64,000 nucleotides of DNA from Eledone cirrhosa (lineage: Eukaryota). Of the stretch, positions 39,260 through 52,544 are shown in pieces; position 1 is the stretch's first letter; each line of letters starts with the position of its first letter. The notes below the pieces were generated by a model, which did no database searches, was not told where the DNA came from, and saw only the letters and a program-made list of their open reading frames with translations. Both the position numbers and the translations under genes were made by a program. The stretch lies in NCBI GenBank assembly GCA_964016885.1, contig OZ024750.1, positions 4,960,001-5,024,000 of the forward strand. Reading direction: 5' to 3'.

Positions 39260-39912
39260 CTTTTCTTTGACACAAAGGTCCAAGATTGGAGACTATACAA
39301 AGACACAAGGATACAACAGCAGGGAGAGGTTTACATTGGAGGAAAGGAGGCATTTACTGAAGAGAAAACATTTAGGATAACAATAAAAACAATAATAATA
39401 TCAACTGGGACCAGTTCTTTAATAGTCAGGGGAGGGACTGCACTTTAGGTTAATTCCTGGAAGAACCCTACACAAAACCCTGGGTTACTCTGTTACTTCA
39501 CGAGCATTGAAAGCACATCTCTGGTGTCCTTCCTTCTATCTTAGATAAGCATAGTTCGAGTAGGCCCATCGTCAATCTCACCCCTCTTTTATAAAACACC
39601 CCAAAAGGCTCTCCCTCCTTCTCTACTGTCACATTCCTCAACTGAAACTTGAAGAAATTGGTGAGGGTTTGTCCAGTGAGGAAGATTACTGTCCTGAATC
39701 CTTTTAGGCGAGTCCACTATACAGCTTCCTTCACAATAGCTGCCTAGCAGAAGAAAACTTACGTACCTCCTTTTTAAAAGATGGTGGCGGTTCAATTTCC
39801 GTCACCCAGCATGCATCTCGGACTTCCGTGTCTGTATAGCTTTGCCATGCCAATGATGTTTGGAAATTGTCCATAATCTCTGACCAGAAATTCTTCCACA
39901 AGAGCCTGTCCA
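39260..39912 (-). mobile_element. L1/Tx1-like LINE 3' remnant
   Basis: MDNFQTSLAWQSY and AAIVKEAV*WTRLKGFRTVIFLTGQTLTNFFKFQL, homologous to 50140. Confidence 0.55.
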
Positions 39913-40165
39913 GATGGATATGACTTTTTAGGCCTGCAAGTGACTTGCAATGTTTTACACAGAGTCGACATGTTTGCAACGATCTCCATTTAAAGACCCT
40001 GTGATATCGAGTGATTCCTGTGCGTGAAGCTTTTTATAGTGAGGAAAGACCTTGCACTGAACCAATCCCACTCACTGAGCAACAGTAGCTATAATCCGAA
40101 AAGAAGAACAGATCAACATCATCGGTTACAAACGAGCCAAAGGTTTTATATCAGAGTCCGCAAAT
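39913..40165 (-). mobile_element. Diverged RTE-derivative 3' region with C2H2 remnant
   Basis: TCRLCVKHCKSLAGLKSHIH; nucleotide similarity to 62350-62610. Confidence 0.6.
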
Positions 40166-40721
40166 TCCAACAGGGTATTATATACATAATATATACATAT
40201 ATACATAATAAATTGCAATGTATTTGTGCCCTCTACTGAGCTTTTTAGTTTTAGGATGGTTAGGATTTTTTAATTTAATACTTGTATGTATAACTTTTCA
40301 ATTCCAATTACTTGCGCCAAGCTGATTTGATATGTACAGTTAGGGAGGCGGGTGCTGTATATTCTATTTTTTTGTGTGTGTATGGGGAGGCTCCGAGGCA
40401 CTTCAGATTCGTGAACCCCTCTCATACACAAAAAAATAAGATAGAATATACAGGTCTAAATCCAATCCTGTGTGTGTGTATATATATATGTATATATATA
40501 TATATATATATACACATAGCTTTGTTAAAGGTTTCATGAAGAAACCGAATATTACTTATTCAGTCTTCTGTACTAGTATATATATATATACACATATATA
40601 TATACATATATATATATATATTCTAGTCGATCGACTTTTTAGTCAAATCGGACCGAGGAAACTATGTTTCCGTTGGTCTTTCCAATTGCTAATACTATCT
40701 ATCGGTCGCAACTCCAGGTAG

Positions 40722-40842
40722 AAGGAGCAACGTGAAATAAAGTGTCTTGCTCAAGGACATAACGCATCGCCTGGTTCAGGAATCGAACTCACAACCTCAC
40801 GATTGTGAATCCAATACTCTAACCACTCAGCCACACGCCTTC
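40722..40842 (-). mobile_element. SINE family B head
   Basis: Minus strand GAAGGCGTGTGGCTGAGTGGTTAGAG...GTGAGTTCGATTCC (A and B boxes). Confidence 0.85.
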
Positions 40843-40846
40843 ACTC

Positions 40847-40898
<52 letters not shown>

Positions 40899-40917
40899 TC
40901 ATCACCATCATCATCAT

Positions 40918-41165
40918 CACCGTTTTACGTCCGTTCTTCCACGCTAGCATGGGTTAGACGGGTTGTCCTGTTGTGGGCAGTGTCTGGTCGGCTGACCATG
41001 CCTTGCTCATACAGGAACTGATCTGGCTTGATTTCTACAGCTGGATGCCCTTCCTAACACCAACCTCATTTACAGTGAGTGCTGGGTGCTTTTTCGTGGC
41101 GCCTACACGTCCACTTTACAGTGTGGGCTGGGTGCTTTTTTGCCGTGGCACCTCCACGACCACCT
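40918..41165 (-). mobile_element. SINE/LINE-tail family D fragment
   Basis: GTTGGTGTTAGGAAGGGCATCCAGCTGTAGAAA...CCCATGCTAGCGTGGAAGAACGGACGTAAAACG(ATG)n; related pieces at about 17395 and 24010. Confidence 0.55.
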
Positions 41166-41212
41166 TGCGGTGGGGGGGGGGGCATATTGTTTATATGCTT
41201 CAGCATGTACCC

Positions 41213-41333
<121 letters not shown>

Positions 41334-41346
41334 CATATATATATAC

Positions 41347-41385
<39 letters not shown>

Positions 41386-41398
41386 TATACATATATAC

Positions 41399-41437
<39 letters not shown>

Positions 41438-41591
41438 TATATAATTACCTCATAATCCCGTGTCTAAGCTTTCTCTTGTAGATCTGATATGTCCAGAAAT
41501 GATGTTACCATATTTGTAACACATTAATTATACATAACAAACCTGTCTGGACTCCTCTTCCATCACAACTTTCATCGTTTCACACACACAA

Positions 41592-41647
<56 letters not shown>

Positions 41648-41749
41648 TTATATACGGTGGGTGTACATCATGACTGCCAGAAATCTCCGGTTTATCTTTA
41701 TCCTTTTATCTATTTATATATATACATGTTTATATATATATATATACAT

Positions 41750-41785
<36 letters not shown>

Positions 41786-42179
41786 TGAAATACTTGTTTA
41801 ATATGTCTGTGCCATAAATCAACTCACTGATAGATCAACCATCAATGTCGATCATAAACATTCATTTGAGCGTCTGACTCATGAATTAACGTGTAACTGG
41901 TTGAGTATTCCATAGACGTGTAAGTATGTAAGGTCGCATAACTCCTGGGGGATTCGTAGTTGTGCCGTATTGAGATACGCCGTTTCTATGCCATTTTAGA
42001 AGCTGGTGGAGCCCATATCCTCTCCATGTGTGAAGATAGAGAGAGAGAGAGAGAGAGAGCGATAGACGGGAAGAATGGAACCCAGTTCTTTTGACTGATA
42101 CTTTGTTATTGACCTTAAATGGATGAAAGACAAAGTTGACCTCGGTAAACTACATTGGGAAAGAGATATAGAGGAAAAA

Positions 42180-42330
42180 TCGACACCAGTACTATACTGG
42201 TATCTTTTTTATCGACCTCGAATGGATGAAGGGCAAAGTTGACCTCGGCGGGATTTGAACTCAGAGAGCCGCAATGAATACTGCAAAGCATTCTATCTGA
42301 CGTTCTAACGACACAGCCAATTCTCCGCCT
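42180..42330 (-). mobile_element. Diverged SINE family A
   Basis: GGATGAAGGGCAAAGTTGACCTCGGCGGGATTTGAACTCAG; other diverged copies about 15270-15470 and 56650-56780. Confidence 0.7.
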
Positions 42331-43334
42331 TACAGACGTGTGTATCCTTAACCTAATCCTTAGGCGAAGTCAGCGTGACACAGTATGTAGCAAGGTTGGA
42401 CGTTTGAATTACTGGTACAGTCCATCTGACAGCCTTCCATACAGTTTCTGTCTACACAATTTCACTTACAGGACTTGAGTAAACCAAAGACTGTGATGAA
42501 GACAGACATAAGAGGCCACGCGGTGAGATCGAAGCCGGGACACCCTAATTACGAATAGAACCTCTTAACCCCTCAACTACATATGTAGGTGTCCACTATA
42601 AACACATTAAACATGAAGGACTCATATACTGTCTACAGGGTCAATATATTTGTTACTAATAGCGACTGTTTATTTACAAGTTTCGCCGAAGTTTTGCCAG
42701 AGTTACCGGTTTAACAAAAGCATGGTCACTATTTATAGTATTCATTACGAATACTTCAAAAATACAAATGGATATTTTAACATTCAAGGTAACTGAAACC
42801 GGTGAGGAATTAAAATTAACTTCCTGTTTTAGAACTTTGGTCACGAATTAGAAACATATCAATAGTTGCAAGTATAACAGGTAAATTTGATACTGTGAAG
42901 GCCGTGGCCAGGCGGTTAGAATGTTGAACCGACAATCATATAAAAAAATCGTGCGTTCGATTCCTCGATCGGACGACGTTTTGTTGTTCTTCAGTAATGC
43001 ATTTTATTTCATGTTGCTTCTTCTGCGAGTAGTGGTGACCAGTAGATAGTATAAGAAATTGAAAGACCAATAGAAACAAGGTTTCCTTGGCCTGATCTGA
43101 CGATCGGTTCTTTTCCTTTTTTAATCCTGCTAATGTACTTAATATATTTCTATCTTTAGATGAAATATTTGACTCAGCAGTTTAATAATTTCCTCACACA
43201 TTACATCCTACTTAGTTGACGAAATGCCAATGTTTCGATATGACCTTCCTTGTTTTAGTTGAGCTAGTTAGTCTACTATATTTACTTCCTGCAAGATATT
43301 CCTTTTTAAAAACGGTAGGAAAGGCGGAGGTAAT

Positions 43335-43530
43335 AATAATTATTTCTGATTTAGGCACAAGGCCAACAATTTTTAGGGAGAGGAAAGTCGATTAAATCGA
43401 CTGCTACTTTATTTTATCTAAGGATGAAAGGCAAAGCAAATTCCTGCGGGATTTGAATTTAGAATGTAAAGGGCCGTAACTCTATGCCATAAAGCATATT
43501 GTGGGACGCTCTATCGATACTGCCAATACA
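43335..43530 (-). mobile_element. Diverged SINE family A
   Basis: Consensus similarity. Confidence 0.7.
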
Positions 43531-43569
43531 CCAAAGAATAATTTCTTAATGTAGGGCAAGCTTAAGGTG

Positions 43570-43918
43570 CTAAATACCCATGTGTACATTGTAGAGCTTG
43601 TCTAGTGTGTTAAATACTCAGGGTCACGTTGTAGAGCAGTCCTACAGTGTTAATAACTTGTCTAGGTGTTAAATACCCAGGGCCACATTGTAGAGCAGTC
43701 CTACAGTGCTAAGAACTTGTCTAGGTGTTAAATACCCAGGGCCACATTGTAGAGCAAGCCTACAGTGCTAAGAACTTGTCTGGGGTGCTAAATACCCAGG
43801 GCCACATTGTAGAGCAAGCCTACAGTGCTAAGAACTTGTCTAGGTGTTAAATACCCAGGGCCACATTGTAGAGCAAGCCTACAGTGCTAAGAACTTGTCT
43901 GGGGTGCTAAATACCCAG
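43570..43918. repeat. 59-60-bp tandem repeat with internal hairpin
   Basis: AAATACCCAGGGCCACATTGTAGAGCAAGCCTACAGTGCTAAGAACTTGTCTAGGTGTT x about 6. Confidence 0.9.
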
Positions 43919-44039
43919 ACATCGACTCAGGGTGGAGTAATTCCTTAACTGTAAATGTCACGGTGTCTTCTGAGTCCGAGCGTTCTGCTCCGTTAAACTC
44001 CGATAATTACTGGCTGTCAGACATTACTGTTCCTGCTAT

Positions 44040-44630
44040 TGTTGTTGTTGTTGTTGTTAGCGGTAGTGGAGGAGGTGATTGTAGTGATGTTGTTGTTGTG
44101 TGTGTGTGTGTGTGTGGGGGGGGGGTTGTAGTGGTGATGTTCTTACTGGTACCGTTGCTGTTCTTGGTGTTGTTGCCGTTGTTGGTGATGATGGGGTTAT
44201 TGTTGGTGGCGGTGGTGGTATAGATGGTGGTGGCGGTAATGTTGGTGATGGTGGTATTGATGGTGGTGGTGGTATTGATGGTGGTGGTGGTGGTGGTGGT
44301 ATTGATGGTGGTGGTGGTTGTGATATTGATGGTGGTGGCGGTAATGTTAGTGATGGTGGTGATGGTGGTATTGATGGTGGTGGTGGTGGTGGTAGTGATG
44401 GTGGTGGCGGTGGTGGTAGTGATGGTGGTGATGGTCGTATTGATGGTGGTGGTGGTGGTGGTAGTGATGGTGGTGATGGTGGTGGTGGTGGTAGTGATGG
44501 TGGTGGCGGTGGTGGTAGTGATGGTGGTGATGGTGGTATTGATGGTGGTGGTGGTGGCGGTGGTGATATTGATGGTGGTGGCGGTGGTGGTATTGATAGT
44601 GATGGTGATGGTGATGATCTAGATGGTGAC
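44040..44630. repeat. (GGT)n/(GAT)n microsatellite
   Basis: Directly visible. Confidence 0.9.
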
Positions 44631-44857
44631 TGCAGTGCTTACTATGTTGGTGATGTCATGGTTGTCTTCATTCTTCCCACAAGATACAATCAGTTCTCCC
44701 TCCACAGCAGCGTCTCAGTCAGACTTACCCCGGGTTTGTTGTTCATCTTCTCAATTGCTTCAGACACAAAACATCTGGCGGGGATGACGCTTCAAATAGA
44801 AACGGCAGTTAAAATATGTGGCGGGGGTGATGCCCAAAATAGAAACAGCCGCAAAAA

Positions 44858-44924
<67 letters not shown>

Positions 44925-45026
44925 AGTAAAACGACAGGAGGCCGTGCAGGAGAAATTCCTTAAAAATTAATGTATATAATAAATGTGTGTGTATGTATAT
45001 ATATATATATATATACATACATACAT

Positions 45027-45116
<90 letters not shown>

Positions 45117-45245
45117 TCTAAATATAGCTTTTAAAGAATTCCCTTTTCTTTAAACCCATCAACCAATGACCTCCACCCATCCCAATCCCCACCCTCTCCT
45201 ACCACCAGAAAAGATATAAATACCACCATATTACTTGGACAGTCA

Positions 45246-45380
45246 GCTTCCTGATGATTTCTCACGAATGAATCAGTTCTTGTCCCGTAGAAGCCTTTCT
45301 ATATTAAATATCTTTACTCTACTTTGTATTGAGTACTTTACTTCCTGTGGTACCCCCCCCCCCCGATTGATCCCAGGATA

Positions 45381-45385
<5 letters not shown>
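45246..45385 (+). mobile_element. Family H4 element with degenerate hammerhead motif
   Basis: CTGATGA 45251-45257, TTC/GAA stem, GAAT (GAAA in the 19694 copy), GTC 45282-45284; ends at (TA)n. Confidence 0.45.
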
Positions 45386-45435
<50 letters not shown>

Positions 45436-45440
45436 TTATT

Positions 45441-45498
45441 TATTTATTAAAATAACAGATTAAAGTTTAAGCAAAGAATCGCTGCTTTCACCCTTAAC
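45441..45498 (-). mobile_element. Family H5 fragment (3' half of hammerhead)
   Basis: Reverse complement of 61819-61877. Confidence 0.75.
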
Positions 45499-45640
45499 AG
45501 GTAGAGAGAGGTACCATGCTATTGACAGTCCATGATTGACAGGTAGAGAGAGGTACCATGCTATTGACAGTCCATGATTGACAGGTAGAGAGAGGTACCA
45601 TGCTATTGACAGTCCATGATTGACAGGTAGAGAGGTACCA
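45497..45640. repeat. 42-bp tandem repeat
   Basis: ACAGGTAGAGAGAGGTACCATGCTATTGACAGTCCATGATTG x about 3.4. Confidence 0.9.
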
Positions 45641-45677
45641 AGAGTATGGTTGCTTCGTAGACATTCAGCTTAGTGGT

Positions 45678-45905
45678 GATGTACGTAGATGTACGAGGTG
45701 TACGAAGATGTACGAAGATGTACGTAGGTGTACGAAGATGTACGAAGATGTACGTAGGTGTACGAAGATGTACGTAGGTGTACGAAGATGTACGTAGATG
45801 TACGAGGGGTACGAATATGTACTTAGGTGTACGAAGATGTACTTAGGTGTACGAAGATTTACGTAGATGTACGAAGATTTACGTAGATATATGTAGATGT
45901 ACGTC
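45678..45905. repeat. 10-bp tandem repeat
   Basis: GATGTACGAA / GGTGTACGAA / GATGTACGTA variants. Confidence 0.9.
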
Positions 45906-46100
45906 TGTAGGTTTCTTATATGGCTAAATAACATTAACGGTACACGTGTCTGTGGAATACTCAGTCCTTTGCACGTTAGGTTCACAATCCTAGCATCCCA
46001 TTGATACTTATCCAACTCCTATCACACTCGTCGTCGAAACCGACAGAAGTCCACCCCTATTTTTTCCAACTAATATTATAGAAAGCTCAGTAGTAACTGA

Positions 46101-46296
46101 ATTTGTTTAGCAAGATTCTTTATCTGAAAACGTGTGTTGAAACCGATATTGTTATACTTTGGGAGGGCCATGTTGCCAGCCAACCGGAAATTTATAAATT
46201 TTTTAATTTATAATTTAATTTATAATAAATTGGTGTGAAAGCAACTGGTGCGTGTGTTTCTTATTGGCAACATGACCCTCCCAAAGTATAACAATA
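46101..46296. mobile_element. Short element with inverted end and 13-bp flanking direct repeat
   Basis: TCAGTAGTAACTG at 46088-46100 and 46297-46309; same family as 48523-48740. Confidence 0.65.
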
Positions 46297-46544
46297 TCAG
46301 TAGTAACTGTTTTATATCAATGAAAGTCTTAGTTTCTTTGGTTTGTTTACATTCTCTCTGAAACCAAATGTTGGTCATGAAAAGGTTATCATACGTTGAT
46401 TGTTCATAACCTCTTCTCTTATCACAGATATCAAACAGAACATATTCTTTAGCTTCTTCCAGTCTTTTATTGTCTTCAGCCAATTCCTCTTTGTTAATTT
46501 TACCAAATCAGTTAGTTTGTTATCTTACAAACATAACAATGAAT

Positions 46545-46945
46545 ACATGTGGCTTAGGGGTTAGGGTCTCAGTTTCACAATCATTAAGTTGTGAGTTCGA
46601 TTCCTATATGAACGTTGTGTACTTGAGCAGGACACTTTATTTCACGTTGCTCCAGTCCACTCAGATGGTAAGTTGTAATTATATCTCTAATTTCTGCTTT
46701 GCCATATCTTATGTCATACGAAATCTTTTCTGAGAACCACGTTAAGCTTACAGGTATCCAGGGTGGGATTTACCTACTTGTGGGCCCTAGCCAAACTTAT
46801 CAGTGACCCCCACCCCACCAGATACCGGTGGGCCCTAGGTCAGCGACCTACTATGCCTATCGGTAAATCCGGCCCTGGACCTATCTGTGGAATACTCAAC
46901 CACATGCACCTTAATTTCACAAGCAGGATGATCCGTTGGTCAAAC
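46545..46945 (+). mobile_element. SINE family B (head, core, body) with nested MITE
   Basis: GTGGCTTAGGGGTTAGGG...GTGAGTTCGATTCC...TTGAGCAGGACACTTTATTTCACG. Confidence 0.75.
46759..46877. mobile_element. Small hAT-like MITE
   Basis: TIRs CAGGGTGGGATTTACC / GGTAAATCCGGCCCTG interrupting the SINE body; TSD only partly conserved. Confidence 0.6.
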
Positions 46946-46965
46946 AACTTGGACATCTCTCTCTG

Positions 46966-46996
<31 letters not shown>

Positions 46997-47211
46997 CTAT
47001 CTATCTACCTATTTATATATCTATCTATCTACCTATCAATCTCTCTATCGGTCTGTCTGTCTGTTTATCTATCGATCTCTCTATCTATCTGTCGGTATAT
47101 CTATCTCTCTCTCTCTATCGATCTGTCTGTCTATCTCTCTCTCTATCGTTCTGTCTGTCTATCTATCTATCTGTCTGTCTGTGTGTCTGTGGACCAACTT
47201 CCTCATCAAAG

Positions 47212-47400
47212 CAATAATTGTTTCTACTTTTGGCACAAGGCCAGCAATTATCCAGTGCATTACTGGTACTTTATTTTATCGACCCTGTAAGGATGAAAGG
47301 CAAAGTCAACCTCGACGGGATTTGAACTCAGATCGTAAAGGGACGTAACTATGCTGGAAAGCATGGCGTCCAACCCTCTACCGATACTGCCAATCCACCA
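47212..47400 (-). mobile_element. SINE family A with TSD
   Basis: CAAAGCAATAAT duplicated on both sides. Confidence 0.9.
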
Positions 47401-47748
47401 AAGCAATAATACGAAGTAAAGGGAAAACAAAATAAACATCTCTCAGTTAATTTATTTCCCCAGAGAATTACTTCTGACGTCACAGTCTTGTGGCGGGAAA
47501 AGTTAATTTGTTGTCAAGAAAAGGGACACCAAATGACACAGGAGAGTGAGTGAAGGAGGGGGAATACATACATACATATATAGAGATAGATAGATAGAGA
47601 GCGAGCGAGAGAGAGAGAGAGAGAGAGTATATATGGGAGGGAGAGGAAAGAGAATGTGTCTGAAAGGAAGAGAAATGTGTGTGTGTGTGTGTGTGAAAGT
47701 GAAAGTGACTGTGTGTATGTGTGAGAGGAGAGAGTGTGCTATATATAT

Positions 47749-47779
<31 letters not shown>

Positions 47780-48126
47780 GTGTGTAATAGAGAGAGAGGG
47801 AGGAAAGAAAAAGAGGAATGGGTAAACTTCAATACTTTCTATTTTCAATATATTTTTACTCAAAAAACAACAAAAACTTCTAGAATTGGCGGGAACTCAC
47901 ACAAAAGGCGATATTTTACAAATTAGAGGACAAATCATTTAAAATTTTGTCGACAGTGCCCCAGCATGGCCACAGTCAAAGGTATTAAAATAGTAAAACT
48001 AATTCAAATTTAAAATATAAATAAAAATTTACTTTTAGGTCAACGAAATTATTTCTTTATTTTTATCTTTTATTTAAGGCCGGTTTCTTGTTTATCTCTA
48101 CAAACATGTGGTGTCAATACCGTCTG

Positions 48127-48195
<69 letters not shown>

Positions 48196-48274
48196 GTAAT
48201 CTCTACTATTCCTCACTTCCAACACAAGCCTACATTCTCTCTGTATTTGGCCGTTTTTCTCTTCAGCCCCCCCC

Positions 48275-48306
<32 letters not shown>

Positions 48307-48307
<1 letters not shown>

Positions 48308-48412
48308 GGAAAAGAGTCAGGACCCCGACGGCTGAGCTCCAGCCGTTTCGACAGCTAGATCCGAACTCCGTGCGTTATGATCCACCTAGTATCTTATCAC
48401 ACGTTCTTTGTT
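48307..48412. mobile_element. Family H2 element, inverted chimera
   Basis: Antisense hammerhead 3' half joined to sense H2 3' end, within (TA)n. Confidence 0.7.
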
Positions 48413-48457
48413 ATATACATATATATATATATATACATATATATTTATGTATATATC

Positions 48458-48520
<63 letters not shown>

Positions 48521-48522
48521 TT

Positions 48523-48732
48523 TCTGAATTTGTTTAGCAAGATTCTTTATCTGAAATCGTGTGTTGAAACCGATATTGTTATACTTTGGGAGGGTCATGT
48601 TGCCAATAAGAAACACACGCACCAGTTGCTTTCACTTCAATTTAATTTATTATATATTTATAATAAATTAAATTGAAGTGAAAGCAACTGGTGCGTGTGT
48701 TTCTTATTGGCAACATGACCCTCCCAAAGTAT

Positions 48733-48740
<8 letters not shown>
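48523..48740. mobile_element. (TA)n-flanked element containing a perfect 82-bp-arm palindrome
   Basis: 48573-48654 is the exact reverse complement of 48659-48740. Confidence 0.8.
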
Positions 48741-48779
<39 letters not shown>

Positions 48780-48939
48780 AACAGGAGGGAAAAGTGATCA
48801 ATACAGAAGAAAAGAATCTACGGACTTTTTGTAAGTTCGAAAAGATGAACTTGTTGAGGATGAAACAATTGTAAATCAAATTATGATGTAGATAAGTGTT
48901 TGGTAACACATTTTAATGAGTAATGCGTGTAAATAATCT

Positions 48940-48985
48940 GGGCGAAAGCAGCGATTCTTTGCTTAAACTTTAATCTGTTATTTTA

Positions 48986-48991
<6 letters not shown>
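48940..48991 (+). mobile_element. Family H5 fragment (3' half of hammerhead)
   Basis: GGGCGAAAGCAGCGATTCTTTGCTTAAACTTTAATCTG matches 61824 onward with one substitution. Confidence 0.75.
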
Positions 48992-49035
<44 letters not shown>

Positions 49036-49042
49036 TAAAATA

Positions 49043-49171
49043 ATTAGCCGTTGAAACGGCTTGAGCTCAGCCGTCGGGGTCCTACTCGTTCCTATTACCC
49101 ACTCTACTACCCTAAGTATTGAGTACTTTGGTGCGTTATGGTCCACCTGGTTCCTTACCACATTTCCTTCG

Positions 49172-49173
<2 letters not shown>
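49043..49173 (+). mobile_element. Family H2 element, un-inverted
   Basis: GAAACGGCTTGAGCTCAGCCGTC-GGGGTCCTAC...CCTTCGTT(AT)n. Confidence 0.8.
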
Positions 49174-49220
<47 letters not shown>

Positions 49221-49331
49221 CATATATATATGTGTGAAAAAAAGGAAAAGAATGACTTCACTTATAGTTCTAAATAATTTTATTTAATTTTATAATATAA
49301 TATTATGAGTTGGCAGATCTATATCTCTCTC

Positions 49332-49433
<102 letters not shown>

Positions 49434-50066
49434 TTTCAAAAAATGGTTGTCATATCTGGCATTGAAGGAAAGGGCATTGAATGTAGACGACAGTAACCAA
49501 ATATTGTAACAGTTTTACAAAAGTACATGTCTACACACACACATATATATATGTACACACACACACACATATATATATGTGTGTGTGTGTGTGTGTGTAG
49601 ACATGTACTTTTGTAAAACTTACAATATTTGGTTACTGTCGTAATATATATATACATACAGGGCGGTGCCCCAGCATGGCCTCAGCCGGATGGCTGAGAC
49701 AGGTAAAAGAGTATATATACATGCCTATATACCTCATTACCTCACTTGTTTAGACTTCCAATCCCCTCCGTCATACCATTCCATATTCAAGTCACCCTCC
49801 CTTCTTCACAAACCCCTAACTTCTTTCATTTGGAGAATTCTTTCTTTGTCTACAGTTTTATTGATGTCAAATTACCCCTCTCACACTTTCTCTCCTCTCT
49901 CTCTTTCCTCCCCCTCTCTCTTTGTCACATTCTTCCTCTCTATCACCTCTACCTTCTCTTTATTACATCACTAATATCCTACACTTTTCTTCTAAACCTA
50001 ACGCCCCCTGTCCAACAATTCGTTCACTTTCTGTTTTCCTATTCATTTCAATTTACCCTTTTTCTC

Positions 50067-50134
<68 letters not shown>

Positions 50135-50138
<4 letters not shown>

Positions 50139-50590
50139 GGTGGCTATGGTGAAAGAGGTAATATGGTGGACAAGGTTGAGAGGACTGAGGACAGATGCCT
50201 TTCTCTCCGGACAACAGCTCATTCCCTTCTTTAGATACCACTTCAGAAGGAGAATCGGAGTGGAGAGAGAGGTACTGCACCCCAGTAAATTTACTGAAAG
50301 GTGGGTGAATGTGGCGAGAATGGCCCGAGTGATTGGGCCTTCTTTGTATATAAACCTGTAGGTTGAAGAAGAGAGTAAAAAGAAGAAAGAAGCACTTGCC
50401 AACTTGGGGTTGAGGGTTGTTCTATCTACGGGGTATAAAGCAACCCATTTGTAACGCCTCCTCCCATATTGGGGATTTCGATTGTTATATTTTTATGTTA
50501 AAAATTTTTTACACGACTGTATGTAAAATCCCCGCCATATGTCTTTGTATTGTCCCCTTTTCTTGTGCGCCCTTGAGGCAAATAAAGAAA
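50135..50590 (+). mobile_element. L1/Tx1-like LINE 3' end
   Basis: VAMVKEVIWWTRLRGLRTDAFLSGQQLIPFFRYHF..ERWVNVARM*, then 3' UTR ending AATAAAGAAA; flanked by (TCTA)n. Confidence 0.6.
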
Positions 50591-50596
50591 TCTATC

Positions 50597-51213
50597 TATC
50601 TATCTATAGCTATAGAGCCGATCATAGCTATAGAGCCGATCATAGATATAGAGACGATCATAGATATAGAGCCGATCATAGCTATAGAGCCGATCATAGC
50701 TATAGAGCCGATCATAGATATAGAGACGATCATAGATATAGAGCCGATCATAGCTATAGAGCCGATCATAGCTACAGAGCCGATCATAGCTACAGAGCCG
50801 ATCATAGCTACAGAGCCGATCATAGCTACAGAGCCGATCATAGCTACAGAGCCGATCATAGCTATAGAGCCGATCATAGCTACAGAGCCGATCATAGCTA
50901 TAGAGCCGATCATAGATATAGAGACGATCATAGATATAGAGCCGATCATAGATATAGAGCCGATCATAGATATAGAGCCGATCATAGATATAGAGCCGAT
51001 CATAGATATAGAGCCGATCATAGATATAGAGCCGATCATAGATATAGAGCCGATCATAGCTATAGAGCCGATCATAGCTATAGAGCCGATCATAGCTACA
51101 GAGCCGATCATAGCTACAGAGCCGATCATAGCTATAGAGCCGATCATAGCTATAGAGCCGATCATAGCTATAGAGCCGATCATAGCTATAGAGCCGATCA
51201 TAGATATAGAGAC
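50597..51213. repeat. 18-bp minisatellite
   Basis: ATAGAGCCGATCATAGCT x about 34; explains IEPII/YRADH/MIGSI ORFs. Confidence 0.95.
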
Positions 51214-51391
51214 GTTTGTAACTATAGTACCTTCTTCTTTTCCGATGTTTATTGAGTCAATCGATTTGTCTACACGTACAGATACATCGTTAAAATCATC
51301 TAATAAGATGGAATTGGAGGCCAACGACTCTTTGATATAATAGTTAACGCACTCGGCCGGCATCCAAGAGATACGGTGCTTCCACCGTCTC

Positions 51392-51502
<111 letters not shown>

Positions 51503-52100
51503 ACACACGTATATATATACAACAGTATGTAAAGAGTTTAGAATCAAAAATAACTTTTATAGGTCTGCCTCTCTGCTGCGTCTGTTTATTTATTCATTTA
51601 TTGGTATTATTTGTTTTTTCTTCTCCTCTTTGGTTCCGTTTACTTCTGTAGATATCAACAGGTGGATTTCACAAAGTAGCTCAGTAAAATGTTTATGGCA
51701 GTACTTCTCTATCTGAAGCTTCAACTACTCCCACACATATACACACACACACACACATGCACACACACACACACACACACACATGTACACAAACATACAC
51801 ATATACACATGCAGATAAACGCACACATTCACACACACACACATATGCAGGTAAACGTACACATACGCACATAAACACACACATACACACATGTAGGTAA
51901 ACGAACGCAAACACACACACATATACGCACACTCACGCACACATACACCCAGACACACACCTACACGCAGACACATATACGTAGACACACATATACACAT
52001 ACACACTTATACACATACATTCACGTGAATATTACAACAGATACCCTACACACAAAAACACTCGACTCCCCAAATCAAACGCTCTCACATGTATTACCAT

Positions 52101-52370
52101 CAATAAAGTACCAGTAATGCACTGGGTAATTGCTGGCCTTGTGCCAAAAGTAGAAACAATTATTATCAGGTATACAAAGGGCAGTGGATTGGCAGTATCG
52201 GTAGAGGGTCGGACGCCATGCTTTTATGCCTAGTTACGGCCCTTTCCATTCTGAGTTCAAATCCCGCCGAGGTCAACTTTGCCTTTCATCCTTACGGGGT
52301 CGATAAAATAAAGTACCAGTAATGTACTGGTGAATTGCTGGCCTTGTGCCAACAGTAGAAACAGTTATTA
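52101..52370 (+). mobile_element. SINE A 3' fragment followed by full SINE A
   Basis: Consensus match; TTATCARGTATACA duplicated around the second copy. Confidence 0.9.
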
Positions 52371-52544
52371 TCAAGTATACAGCATGTTAAGACAGTCACA
52401 GGAATACCTCACATCTATAGAGCTATGAGCTGTAACTTAATGTCACGTGTCTCGTATCGTTGCAAGGTTTTTTTGTTTTGTTTTTTAAGGGAACATTTTT
52501 CATGAGGAGTTTTGTTTCATAGAACCAAAGTCGGTTTTGGCCGG

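Noticed and set aside
46300-46510. ORF AEDNKRLEEAKE...DNLFMTNIWFQ as a host exon
   Set aside because: Bounded by stops, lacks splice sites, interrupted by an insertion; more likely a decayed LINE endonuclease fragment
51214-51365. [26 protein letters not shown] as a gene
   Set aside because: Short unique piece fused to a minisatellite ORF; cannot distinguish from a LINE remnant or chance
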